Shown piece after piece: positions 12,120 to 24,301 of a DNA stretch of 54,710 nucleotides; within the stretch, counting starts at the first letter, position 1; each line of letters opens with the position of its first letter. A program made the position numbers and the translations under genes. The DNA comes from Ministeria vibrans ATCC 50519. Lineage: Eukaryota; Protista; Filasterea. The stretch is from contig CALSCP010002373.1 of the NCBI GenBank assembly GCA_943704425.1, positions 1 through 54,710 of the forward strand, given 5' to 3'. The notes beneath the pieces were generated by a model. It had not been told where the DNA came from. It was given only the letters and a program-made list of their open reading frames with translations, and ran no database searches.

Positions 12120-15100
12120 TTCAATAATAATTCATGTTTTTTTATATGTGTATGTGTGTAGATGTTGAAGACACCTGCTCGAGATGGTCGTCGCTGGACC
12201 GAGGCACGTGGCTCTTTTGCAGATGGTACAGGGTCACAAGTGATCAACAATACGGCGTTGGTGGCGGGTCATGTGTACTTTGCGGACGTAAAGATTGACG
12301 AGATCAACGAGGTTTTCACTGTGTACGGGCTGTTGCTCGAGCTGAACAGGCCTGGCACGTACAACAACGTTGGACGCTTGTACGGTGACGTGTGGAGCAG
12401 TGACAAGTTTAAGTTGTTCCTGCGTTGGGATTTTCTGGGCACACAGTCTGCACCTATTTCGGTGGGTCAAGGTGGACAGCTTGTCATACCGCTTGACATT
12501 GAGATGGTTGACATGACACACTCCAGGGTTGCCGACAACTTTGACCTTGTCAACTTGACAGTGGGTGCTTGCGTGGATCGCAGCTCTTCGTTGGCACTGA
12601 GTGCCACCAGCGACATCGAGCTAGTGGCGAGTTCAGTCAAGTTTAACCTGGCCAACGGAGTCGCTTCGTGGCCGGCGATGCGTGTGTACGGCAAACCAGG
12701 CACCTACTGTGTGTACGTGAGCCCGGGCGCCGCTGACAATATTGTGTACCGACTCTCGGCGCAGTTTACCATGGAGGAGTGCACTGGCATTGAGGTGAAG
12801 GACGGCTCGAGCGACGCTGGCTACACCCGATGCATGGAGGAGATTGTGGTGCGAAGTGGACTGCAAGTGGGCTACACCGTCTCGGGCAGCGTTCTTCTCT
12901 TCATCTTCCTCGTGACTATTGTGGTTCTGGTGGTGCGTCGCACGGGCAACATTGTGGTGATTGTTGGGCTGCCCACGCTGCTGCTGATTGCCATTGGCAT
13001 GATGGTCGGTCTGGTCGTGCCTGTGATGTGGGACATTGCGGCAAGCAAGTCGACGTGTCTGCTGCTCATTTGGGTGTCGCACATCTGCTTTGCGCTCGTC
13101 ATGACGCCGATTGTGGTCAAATTGCTCCATTTGTCGCACAGCAAGAGTGTCAACAATGTGAGTCTGCAGGTGCCCGCGTCGAAGGTGATTGTGCCTACTG
13201 TGGTGGCACTGTTGTGTGTGTTTGTGTACCTGCTGGTGTGGTCCCTCGCAGACTCGACGCTGGGCGTCACGGTGGTTTTCAACACGGACACCGACACGGC
13301 GTTTCATCAGTGTGCCTACAATGCGGTTGCAAACGCATTCATTTTGACGATTGAGGCACTCGTGCTGCTGTGGTCGCTGTACATTGTATGGGCGACGCGT
13401 CACCTCACGACCATGTTCAGCGAGTCAACCTTTTACTATGCTATTGTGGCGTGTACCAGCGCGTTGTGCTTGATTGCGGCGGTGACGTACACGGCGGTGC
13501 TTGAGTCGCGTGCGGCGGGACAGTACTCGGCTGCGGGTGGTGTAATGCTGTTTGTGGCCTTTGCCATCTTGTGCTTCATGTACTTGCCCATCCTGATCAA
13601 GTTGTACACCAAGTCATGGATGGACGGCGGCCACCACCTGTTCTTGTCGTACAGCAAGGGTGACAAGAAGGTGACGCAGCAGCTAGCGCGTGCACTCACT
13701 GCCAAAGGCTTTGGTGTCTATGTCGACGAGGTGCGCTCGGACGCGGGTGCGTCGTGGCGCCGTGAGGTGGCGCAGCACCTGCGCGCTTCGCAGTACGTGC
13801 TCTTTGTGGTGTCACCCGAATCGGTACAGTCGTCGTATTGCCAAGAGGAGATTCAGTTTGCGTATGACAACAAAATTCAGGTAGGGGATGGTCGAAAAAA
13901 AAATACAATTGCACAAACATGAAGATATATATTATCAATGATTTGATATTAATAATATATTTCATTAATATTATTGCAGATTTTGCCGATTATTGTCAAC
14001 GAAGGATTCTCGAATGTGATTGACCATGGGCTGGACATGTTGATCAAACGGTTCCAGTGGACTATGTTTACGACGCCGGGACCATACGGGTTTGAGCAGG
14101 GATTGGAGAGTCTGCTAATGGGATTGCGCAAGTTGGAATCGCAACGGCAAACGAAAATGGTGATGGATGGTGTGGTAGAGATGCGAGAAGGATCACACGT
14201 AGCCTTGACCAAGACGTCGTCGGCGACGTCTCATGATAGTGTCTTAGGTTCGGGTGGTGGTGGAGGTGCCGGCGGCGGCGCTGCCGACTCGAACGGAGTG
14301 GGTCTCACTGGAGCAAAGGGTTCTAACAATGCGCTTGCACAGCTGCTCAAGGCCAAGGAGTTGTTCTTGTCGTGGTCACATCGCGATGGGGAGTTCACCA
14401 AGGAACGACTGTGGCCCGATCTCGAGTCGCACAACCACGGCTGCTGGATTGATTGTATGGGACTGGCGAGTGGTGATGCGTGGCGCCGTGAAATTGGACA
14501 AGCCATCTCGGGGTGCGAGACACTGCTGTTTGTGCTGACGCCGCGCTCGGCAGAGTCGCAGTATTGCATGGAGGAGGTGTTTTATGCCAAGTCACAGAAC
14601 AAGAAGGTGATTGTGTTGTTGCTGGAGGACAGCACGCGTGTGTTGAGTCTGCCCAACTCGGTGGAGTTTACAGAGTTACTTATGAGCTATCCGGTAATTG
14701 ACTTCCTCAACATCGACACGGAGTACTACGAGTCGTTTGACCGTTTACTAACCCTGCTGTCGGCACGCGAGCGCACCATGCTGACGGCGGTCGACGGTGA
14801 TGCGGAGTTGTGGACATCTGTGGCGCAGGCGATGCACAACATGACGGGCATCTATCGGATTTTGCAGAGGGGCGCACAACAGGTGTACGGGGCGAGCAAC
14901 CCGACGACGACGGCGCGCAACCATTCGCTTGGGCCCTCGCTTGACCCCGCCCAGCATGTCTCGACCAACAAAGAGCTCACGTCGGTCGTGGTCAACAACA
15001 GTGCGTCGGCGGGCTCACACCAGGGTCGACTGAAGACTTTGGCGTTGGTGGACGAGGAAGCGGACGAGCAGAAGGTTGTTTTTGAGGCGTCCATGATGAG

Positions 15101-15131
15101 CGAACTCGGTGTTTCCGAGACTGCCCTCTAA
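9760..15131 (+). CDS. Large receptor: Pmp/beta-helix GGA(I/V)-repeat ectodomain, class C-like 7TM domain and two cytoplasmic TIR domains; true 5' end uncertain
   Basis: Exons 9760-11955, 12162-13880 and 13980-15131 are all phase 0; many GGAI/GGAV...N repeats; seven hydrophobic helices at about 12860-13605 with class C-like C..W..F.L..K, ATR...FSES and YLP motifs; TIR1 LFLSYS...W...YCQEEI and TIR2 LFLSWS...W...YCMEEV. Confidence 0.85.
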
Positions 15132-15937
15132 CATTATTATTTTAATTTCTTTTTTCGTTCGTTCTCCCAGTAATAGTGACACAATGAAAACATAAATTCC
15201 GTATACGTATTCTTAAATATAATTATAATTATTATTTCTATTATGAAGAGCCCTTCTACAAATAATGAGAAAACCGATTAAAAGACAAAAATGATAAAAA
15301 CTGGCAGTGGTTATCTCTCCTAGTTCTCCGACTAGAAGTATATTTTCTATTTCAAGTCCGATTTGCAAAAAATCATCCAATAATCTGAGGGGTCTTCTTG
15401 CCGGCGCTGTCGCCTGTCGCCACGCATCATCTCCATCTCAAACACCAGATTTAGTGTCGTCTTCTTCGCTTTTTTTTGTTTTTTTTTTTACAGAATTCGC
15501 GTATTTCTGAATTGACACACTTCACTTCAAACAACTCCCGGGCACTCATCAGTGAGACAGTGACAGTCACCTTGCTCATGGTGACATGTGGGACACGAAA
15601 AAAGACAAATTGGAAAAAAAAAATCATGGTAGAAATTTCTAGAAGTTAGAAAATTCTAAAGTACGGGATACCCACTGTTAAAAAACGATTGAAAAGAAAT
15701 TTTGTGTTATTTGTGAGTGTGTTATCAGGTGTAATCACTGTAAAGGTAAAATGCATGGGCAATGGAAGTTATGGGGATACGGAATCATTGGAAAGACGAT
15801 TGCAGAAAAGACAGAAAAATAAACTCTTTCAAAGCGCTGTCACATGAATGATTGCCACAGTGGATTAGTTATACAATGTGTGATGTCGCTTGCGTAGCCA
15901 TTTCTATTTGACGTGACATAGGGAATTTCAAAATACG

Positions 15938-15954
15938 GTTTTATACCATTTTAA
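15938..15954 (+). promoter_or_regulatory. Possible upstream TATA-like element for the permuted tRNA
   Basis: TTTTATA followed by TTTTAA about 20-30 nt upstream of the pairing leader; position only. Confidence 0.3.
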
Positions 15955-15980
15955 GCCCCAATCTGCGACTAACCGTCGAA

Positions 15981-16063
15981 ATGCGAAGGTCGTGCGTTCA
16001 AGTCGCACTCGAGGCATTATTTCCTGCCTCGATAGCACAGTTGGCTAGTGCATCGCACTTGTA
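15981..16063 (+). tRNA. Circularly permuted tRNA-Thr(UGU): 3' half 15981-16016, 9-nt spacer, 5' half 16026-16063
   Basis: Rejoined halves give a fully paired cloverleaf: acceptor GCCTCGA/TCGAGGC plus A73, D arm GCAC/GTGC, anticodon arm TCGCA-CT TGT AA-TGCGA, T arm GTGCG-TTCAAGT-CGCAC. Confidence 0.9.
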
Positions 16064-16066
16064 TGG

Positions 16067-16074
16067 TTTTTTTT
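16067..16074 (+). terminator. RNA polymerase III terminator (T8)
   Basis: T-run beginning 3 nt after the end of the tRNA 5' half. Confidence 0.7.
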
Positions 16075-16221
16075 GTTTTTTTTTTACTTTGCCTTTACTG
16101 TGATGAATCTTTTTTTTTGGTACATATAATATCTTCTAATTTTTTGATGATAAAAATAAATATGTCACAATTTTTTTTTTCATCAAGACAGGTTTTATTT
16201 ATTTATTGCGAGTTTCTACGA

Positions 16222-17408
16222 CTAGCATGTGCTTGATGACCCCCAATTAGGCCGTGCACCGGTGTACATACTGGCAAGGCTGTCGAACCCATTGGGATGC
16301 GAAGAAATGAGCTGGACACACCAGCTGCTGAGATCCGCGTTAAAGCTGGTCGCGCTTTTGAACCTGAGAAACAAAAAAAAATGGAGGAGATTAGGAATGA
16401 ATGGTTGACCAAGACTCTTACATGCTGACCATGTTGATCACGAGGGGAACATTCCAATTACTCAAATCACTACACGTATCAAAAGAGATGTAGTATATAA
16501 AATAGAGAGTGAGAGAGAGAGTGAGAGAGAGTGAGAGAGAGGAGAAAGAAACAAAGTGAGAGGAAAAAAAAACAGTGAGAGGAGAAAAAAACAAAGTGAG
16601 AGGGGAAGGAAACAAAGTGATGAGAAAGAAACAAAGTGAAAGGAGAAAGAAACAAAGTGAGAGGAGAAAGAAACAAAGTGAGAGGAGAAAGAAACAAAGT
16701 GAGAGGGGAAAGAAACAAAGTGATGAGAAAGAAACAAAGTGATAGAGAGAGTGAGAGGGAGAGACGAAGAAAAAGAAAAAAACAAGTAAGAGAGGAAAGA
16801 GTACAAAATTAATTAATACTATAACACTATTGCAGTGTGTTGGGACCTGGTGAAGGCAAAGGCGCTTTCAAACATGCTTTGCATGTTTATTGCCTTGGAG
16901 GTGTCCCAGTTGGACAGGTCGGATGTAAACACAGACGCACCAAAGAAAGTACCACCAAACGTCGTCACCGAGCCGACCTAAATGCAAAAACATACACTCG
17001 ATAAAGTAAAAATTGATAGACGGGTGTTTTAAACTTACATGCCATTGACTCAGGTCCCGATTGAAGTTAGGGCAATCAGCAAAAGCCGCGCTCATGTCGG
17101 TCAGCGAGTCGGTCTGCCATGTGGACACGTCTCCGTTAAACGCAGTCGCCCCTTTGAATGCCTGGTACATCTTAAGCAAATTACGCACGTCCCATTGGCT
17201 CAAATCGACATTGAAGAGCGCGCAGTCACGCACAAATTGGTTCATGTAGAGCACATTGGACACTTGCCAGCCAGATACATTGCCCACAAACACTAGACAC
17301 TGGTCAAACTAAAATATGTATGTACAGAGAGAAAGAGAGGAGGGGAAGAGAAAAAAAGTGATAGATAAAGAAAGTGAAAACCCCAAAGTAAGAAATAGTA
17401 AGAGAAGC

Positions 17409-17448
<40 letters not shown>

Positions 17449-17676
17449 CTAAGAAGAAGAGGCAAAGAGTACCTCGACCTCGGTCATATCAAGGCTCTTG
17501 ATGTCAGGAGTGTTGACGAAGACGCGGAAGGGATAGGGCAAGGCGCGATTAGCCCGCCAGTGGTCTGGCAGTTGCGTTGCAAAGACACGGCTGTCCGACG
17601 TGGGCACGAACTGCTCCGAGTCGCCCGCGTCGCTCGGCCGATCGTCGTTTGTCCCGGCGTCGTCCCGTTCGATCAT
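16222..17676 (-). CDS. DUF285/BspA-type repeat protein; first exon 17473-17676 may belong to another gene
   Basis: Repeated FN.DLS.W.V..V..M..F units across exons (FNVDLSQWDVRNLLKM, FNGDVSTWQT, FNRDLSQWHV, SDLSNWDTSK, FNADLSSWCV), ending PNWGSSSTC*. Confidence 0.8.
16506..16800. repeat. Intronic minisatellite, unit of about 19-21 nt (GAGAAAGAAACAAAGTGAGAG-like), about 10 copies
   Basis: Directly visible tandem units. Confidence 0.85.
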
Positions 17677-17793
17677 TGTTGCGGAGATGAATAATAATTA
17701 TTAGATAATAGATAACGGAAAATAAATAGAGAATCGAAAAACGGTACTCATTTAATATTCATTTCACACACACACTCACTTCATTTTTAATCA

Positions 17794-20641
17794 ATGTCTC
17801 GTGTTTTTGTTCTACTGGCCTCGCTAGTCATACATACGTTGGGGTGTGGCATGACGACCCACCAGGTCATTGCGCATCGTGCCTTTTCGTACTATTTTCA
17901 GTCTGTTGATTATCCCGAGTATCGCACCCTCGCCCTGCGCCACACAGGCGCTCTCCTGGCCGGCGCTCCCTTCCCAGACTATCTGTAAGTCCATTGCTAC
18001 ACTATTTGTCTTTGGAAGCACCATGTCGCGTGTGTGTTCTGTGATAATATTTATGTTTGTTTACGCTCTCTCTCACTTCTCGTCTCTCGTCCTTTCAGCT
18101 ACGCCTGTGGACAGAACCACGACGACGGCGAGTTTGCCCACTGGGCTCCGTTCCAGGCAGTTGCTGCGCAGTACATCCGGCAGCACTACCCGGCGCCTCG
18201 CTCCGACGCAGGCGACAAGCTCGTCGTCTTCATGCTGGGCGTCGTGAGCCACTACGAGGCGGACATCATCTGGCACGGCCTGCAGAAGGCCCCCGCCGGC
18301 TACGGCATGATTGAAACCATTGGAGGACTCTCCTTCAACTGCACCGGCTCGCTTGGCGGCATGCACTGCCTCGATGGCACTGTCTCGGGCGACGTTGCCC
18401 ACAGTCAGGCTGGTAACAATACTTATTATGTAATTGCTTTGTGTATTTTCTTTATTGTTGTAATTTTAGTTGTAGCTCTCTATTCTTTATTCTTAATGTT
18501 TTCTTATTAGAAGCAAAAGTATTCATTTTTTATTAATTAATTATAATAATTATTCTCTTTTGCGCCTTTTTGACTAACCTTTTCGCTCGCCCCCCTTAAT
18601 TTTGTTAGATACGGGCGGTGAGTTTCTGGCGACGTCGCAAACCGACCTGTCGCCCATTGAGCCGACACATTGGTACATTCCTGTGCACGACATTGTCGGT
18701 ATCTACGCCTTAGCCGGTCGGAAAGTCAATGCATCCGCCATCGACGAGTGTGCCGTAATCTTCTTTGCGGCAACCGAGGCCGTCAAGCGCATTGCGGACA
18801 TTCTTACCGAGATGGAAACTGTCAAGTCGCCCGTCTTTGAAGAGCGCTACTTGGATCTTGGCTACGGTGGAATCGACTCAATGGCGGTCTGGTCTGCCCG
18901 CATGGCCCCTCGTTTTGTCCACTGGGTTGAAGAAGGCCCACCGTCGCCGGTGCCTCCAGCGCCTGAGTCAACTGCCGCAAGCGGACGTCTTCGCATGCCC
19001 TTGCTGCGCACGCTCGTTGAGACTGTCGATCATGCTGCTCTGCATGACCTGGTTGACATTGAACGAGACGCCTCGGGTGGTCTCACACTGCACCGTCGTG
19101 AGGTACGACAAGTCGAGCGACGTCTTGCGCGCGCACTATCGCCTCTCAGTGCACAGGCGCGTGCTCGTCTTGAGGTTCACATGGACAGCGTGTCGCTGGC
19201 AGTCGTACTTGCACGTCTTGCCGAGGGAGCGCAAGACAAGGAAGAGGTCCCAGTGCGCACGGCGGGTTTGTCTGAGAAGCATGTGATTGCCAGTGGTAAC
19301 ACTCCACTTGCCTATGTGGGCGCTGCACTGGTGTCACACGGTGACTTTGACGGTGATGGACACCCCGACGTGGCTGTGGGTGCACCGGGCAATGGGTCGA
19401 CGTCGCTTCCGCAGTCTGGTTCTGTCTCCGTCACGTACCGCCAGGCCAAGAAGGAGCAGGTACTGTCACTAGCTCTTCCCTACGCTCGTTTTGGCGCCGC
19501 TCTGGCTGTGCTGGATTGGAACATCGATGGTATTGACGATCTGGTCGTGGGTGCGCCCGTTGCCGGCTGGAACTGGACACACGATGGGCCTGTGGGTGGA
19601 CCCGACTATCGCTTTTATGGCCAGGTCTTCGTGTACCTGGGCCACCGAGGTTCCGGACTGAGTGAGACTGCCGACACTGTGATACGCAGTGAGCGTGCGC
19701 GGAATTTCTTTGGAGCAGTTCTCGCGACTGGCGATCTCACAGGCGATGGCCACGCTGATCTGGTTGTGGGATCGCCCGAGGCGGATCCGAGTGGTGGCAG
19801 TGGTGGTGCGCAATGGGCCGAGCGAGGGCAGGTGACCGCATATGCGACCACGCGCGAGACAACGACGCACTTGGACGTCCTTGGCGACGCCCTGTGGTCA
19901 CTCAATGGCACTGTTGCCTACGAAATGCTTGGTTCTTCGCTGGCCCTTGATGGTGGTCTTCTGCTTGTCGGTGCTGTGGGCACACACTGTGTGGCGTGTG
20001 GCGCACATGGACGTCATGTGGCCGCGGGTGGTGTCCATGTCTATGCCATTGGCAAGGGCACTGTGACTCTGCAATCCATTGTGACGGGGGATGTGTGGAA
20101 AGGCAAGCTGGGCGCCGCCGTGGCGTTGCTACAGCACGGCTCTATACTCGTGCTTGGCGAACCGACACACGCGTTGCACGCCGATCCCAATGTGAACAAG
20201 TCCTCCACCGTTGGCCACGTGTATCTTCTTGCGCGCACTGCCCTGCCCGACTCGGGTGCGACTGTCGCTCTTTCCACTCTCTCGCTCACAGCCACACTTG
20301 TGTCACAAGATCATAATGGCCGCTTTGGCGCGCGGCTCCTTGCCGTCGCCTCAACCGATCAACTTGCCGTCTCGTCCCCAATGGCGCACCATCCGCGTCT
20401 TGCCCAGCGCACCATTGGCCGCGTCACCATCTTTAACAATGCAAGTACGACTTTGCAAGGCACCGTCAACGACTGCGAACGACACGCGTCTCTCTCCGTT
20501 TACGGCGAGCATGTTCATGGCCGCTTTGGCCAGTCCCTTGCCTACACCACCAACAACAACGACACCGTGTCCTTTCTCACAGCGGCTCCTCGCGATCCAA
20601 CCACCGTTGAAATGGCCGGCTCCGTCTATCAGCTCACATGA
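17794..20641 (+). CDS. GPLD1: Glycosylphosphatidylinositol-specific phospholipase D
   Basis: Signal peptide followed by CGMTTHQVIAHRA, GAPFPDY, GVVSHYEADIIWH and DTGGEF, then FG-GAP repeats (DFDGDGHPDVAVGAP, DWNIDGIDDLVVGAP); three exons. Confidence 0.9.
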
Positions 20642-20810
20642 AACTATAAACTTAATTTAATATTAATTAATTAATACGTCCTTCTTTTGGATTTCCTTTC
20701 ATTCCATTTCGAATATACAAGAAAAGGAAACAAAAGAAACAGCAGAGAATCTCAACACACATTCACAAACACACAGACACCAAACAATAGAATAATTAAT
20801 TTTTGATGGC

Positions 20811-21276
20811 TCAGACAATGAGTGGCGGTTTGACGGCCGAATCAACAACAAGAGCGGGATCAAAGACCTCTTCGCCCTCGGAACTGCGCACGACATAGGC
20901 AACACCCGGGTAGTGTGCGCGCAGCAAACAGACGATAGCGCTTTTGAGAGCTTCCGCCGTCACACTTGTGTTGGTCCCGCGCACAGTGATGGCAATGTTC
21001 TCGCGTGTGCACGATGCGCGCACGTGCAGTTCCTTCGCATCGTCCTCGTGAAACACAAACACCGCGTGGTTTCGGCATAAAAACCCTAAAAAAATCATCA
21101 GCAATGCACCGCAAGAAAAAAGAACAATAATTATTATTAGTGCCATGCGAATGTGTCACTGTGTGTGTCTACCTTTTCCCCCGCCACCTCCACGCAAATC
21201 TTCTTCTTGACGCAACAAACAAAGTACCTGTGAAAACAAACCCGGTGGGGTCCACATGGTAAACACCACACAAGCC
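20811..21276 (-). CDS. 3' exons of a hypothetical gene with no visible start
   Basis: Short GT-AG-bounded exons ending ...VKPPLIV*; upstream there is only a (CT)n tract and then the ATG11 stop. Confidence 0.4.
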
Positions 21277-21395
21277 TAAAAATAAAATAAAATTTGAGTC
21301 AGAAAGAGGAACGAGAAAGCACACACCATCACATCTATCGCGTTTTTGTTTTTTTTTTTTCTCTCTCTCTATCCTTTGATGCTTTCTTCCTCCTC

Positions 21396-21398
<3 letters not shown>

Positions 21399-21475
<77 letters not shown>
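21399..21475. repeat. (CT)n microsatellite
   Basis: Directly visible. Confidence 0.95.
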
Positions 21476-21477
<2 letters not shown>

Positions 21478-21506
21478 GACACTTCACACTTGTTTTTGTT
21501 TCAAGG

Positions 21507-24256
21507 TCAGCAGATGCCCTCTGAGGAGGAGACGGTCGCAATGCGGATCTTGAGGCGGGGCTTGACGCCATACTTGATGGCATCCTCGGGGGACGCAATG
21601 CGGTCCTCGTAGTGCAGGATGTGCACAAAGGCGCGCGTGGGGCGCTTTCCGTTGCCCTTGGGCCGGTTGAGCTCAAGCAGACGCACTGCGTCATCGTGCA
21701 GGAAGGCATAACGTCCCTTGGTACTCTCCGTGAAGATCATCCAGGCTTCGCTCTGCGAGCTGGCCGGGAAGGCAACCATGCGCTGGTTCACCTCAACTTC
21801 GCCTACGCTGATAGTGCCGTCCTCGACGCTGCCTTTGCCGCACTCCAAGCTCTGCGACTCGAGGTCGTGCAGACGCCCCTGCAGCGCGGGAATCACATCG
21901 AAGCGCATGCGCACCTGGTTGCTTGTCTTCTGAATCGCCTCCTCAATGCGCGCCGGTCCCTGCACCTCCTCCTTCACGGCCGTTGGCGCAACGCCCGCCA
22001 GCTCCATCAGCGACTGCATCTGCACACTGATGGAGTCCACGCTCGCCTCGAGCGTTCGCAGCTGCTCGTTCGCCCGCTGCGCCTGTGCCCGGGCCTCGTC
22101 CGCCTCCGCTGTCATGGCAGTGTACGCCGCCGCGTGTGTCTGGCGCTCAACCTCCAGGGCCGTGTTGTGCTCGCGCTGCTGCTTTGCAAGCGCCGCAACG
22201 CCCTCCGCTCGCACCTCCTTGATACGCTTCTCGTAGTCGGCGGCCGCCTGTTGCGCTTGCAGCGTGGTCCGCTCCAGCGACCGCAGTGCAATGGTCTTGT
22301 CATCTTCCTCGACGTTGCAGCGTCGTTTCGACTCGGCCAGCTGCTCCTCAAGAGCCGACACAGTCTTCTGCAAGCCCGCCAGTGTAACCTCCGTCGCTGC
22401 CAGCTGCTCCTTGCCATAGCGCATCTGGGACGTCGCGTCTGCGATGTCTGCCCGAAGATCTTCGACGGTGAGACGTGAGGCCTCGACTTCGTTTGCAAGC
22501 GTGTCATTCTCCGCCTTGGCCTGCCTCAGCTGATCCTCGAGCAGCGGCACGGCCGCCTCGGTGGTCGCAGCCTTACTCAGACTAGCCTTGAGCGTCGACA
22601 CCTCCGCGGCAAGCGCATTCTTGGCATTCTGAAGACCACGGTTCGCCTCGACTGTGTCCAGTCGCATCTCGTTGGCGTGGTCGGCCGCCGCCGTCAGACG
22701 CTTCTGCTCCGCCTGCAGTTCCGCAATGCGCTGGTCGCGACAGTCCTGCTGTGACTGCAGACGATCCAACTCATCCGTCAGATCATTGCTCAACTTCTCA
22801 AAAACGCACTGCCGCGTCTTCTCCCTCTCATGCTGCGTCTCGAGCTCAATCCGCGCCTCGTCTAGCTCCAGCGTCACGCGAGCAACCTCCTCGCGCAACT
22901 CGGCCACAATCGACTCGCCGGCCATGACGACATCAAAGGACGCGTCCGATTCTGTGCCGTCCTCTTTGTTGTCGTTGTCGCCATCGTCGGGACGCGAGTC
23001 TTCGCGGTCGAATGAGGAGTCATCGTCATCAGGGGCTGGTCCAGCAGATGACACTACTGCCTCCTTCGTCTCTGCGTTTTCCTCTTCCACTGCCTCGTCA
23101 TTGGGTGTGTCGACGGGTGCAACGGGCGTCGAGCCGTCGAGGGACGAAAGGTGACTGCTCACAAGCATCCATTGGCTCGCGCGCTCGTTCGACGACTCGC
23201 GCGCCACCGTCTCGAGCTGGTCGAGGAGCGGCGCGACGCTCTCAATGATGTTGGCGGCACAGTTACTCTCGGGGCCTGCGGCGTCGCGCAGCATGTACAG
23301 GTGCTCCATGTGCTGAGCGAGGTCGCGCTGGTCAAATTGGTATTGAGCGAGGCCGTCGCACTCGAGGTCGCGCAGTGCGTAAAAGAGTCCCTCCTCTTGC
23401 GAGTGATTCTTGTGCAGACGCGGCACGAGAACTCGATCGACAAATTTTTGACGACGCTGACACTCGTCAGCATCGTCAATGGAGGTGAAGGAGCGACGGG
23501 CCATCTCAATAAGGCAAAGGGTGTAGTCGCGAGGCAACTTGTCAATGTACTGCAGGAAAAACAGTTTGTCGAGCAGGGTGTGCTCGCCCTCCATAATCTG
23601 CGTCAAATTATCGCCCTTCAGCAGCACGTCAATAGTGCGCGCGAGCACCATCTCGGCCGCTGCACTCACCGCACTATAGAGTGTCTTGAAGGTTGAAAAG
23701 TCACGAGCGACCGCGTCGCAGGCTGACTGCATTTCGCCGATCTTCAGGGTGTTTGCCTCGACGCACCCACGCAGGTGCTCCATGTCAGCGCCGTCGCCGT
23801 CAGCAAGCACCTGCAAACTCTTGCGACAGGTAGTGTGTGCAAGGTCCACTGTGGCCTTGAGCGACGCAATGCGGTCGCTGTCGGTCAATGCAGCAAGTGC
23901 CTGGTGGTCGTCGTTCATGACGTCCAGGTGACTCTTGATAAAGCCACTCACGACTGTCTCGAGCTCATTCACCTTGGTCTGGAAGACGTCGGCAAAATTG
24001 GTGTGACGCACAAGTTGCTCGAGTGCCTTTGGCGTCCATTCTGCGACCGTGTCGGCAAAGGCGGCGTCATTCGTGTCTGGCTCGTGGAAGTACGTCAGGA
24101 GAGTCATGGGCTCGGCCAGCGACGCATACGCCACCGGACGAAACTTGGGCGGTACCGTCAGTGCCAGACACAGATGCAAACAACTTGGCACGTCCGTCGC
24201 CTTCAGTGTCGCTATTGTGCGAGCAAACTATGAAGAAAAATATTAATATTACTAAA

Positions 24257-24301
<45 letters not shown>

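Noticed and set aside
9954-13403. Long antisense and alternate-frame ORFs over GC-rich genes (also at 21612-23931 and 45367-51513)
   Set aside because: Shadow ORFs produced by codon bias and low-complexity sequence.
15300-15900. ORF or RNA gene between the receptor and the tRNA
   Set aside because: Only short interrupted frames; no recognisable structure and no missing tRNA half.
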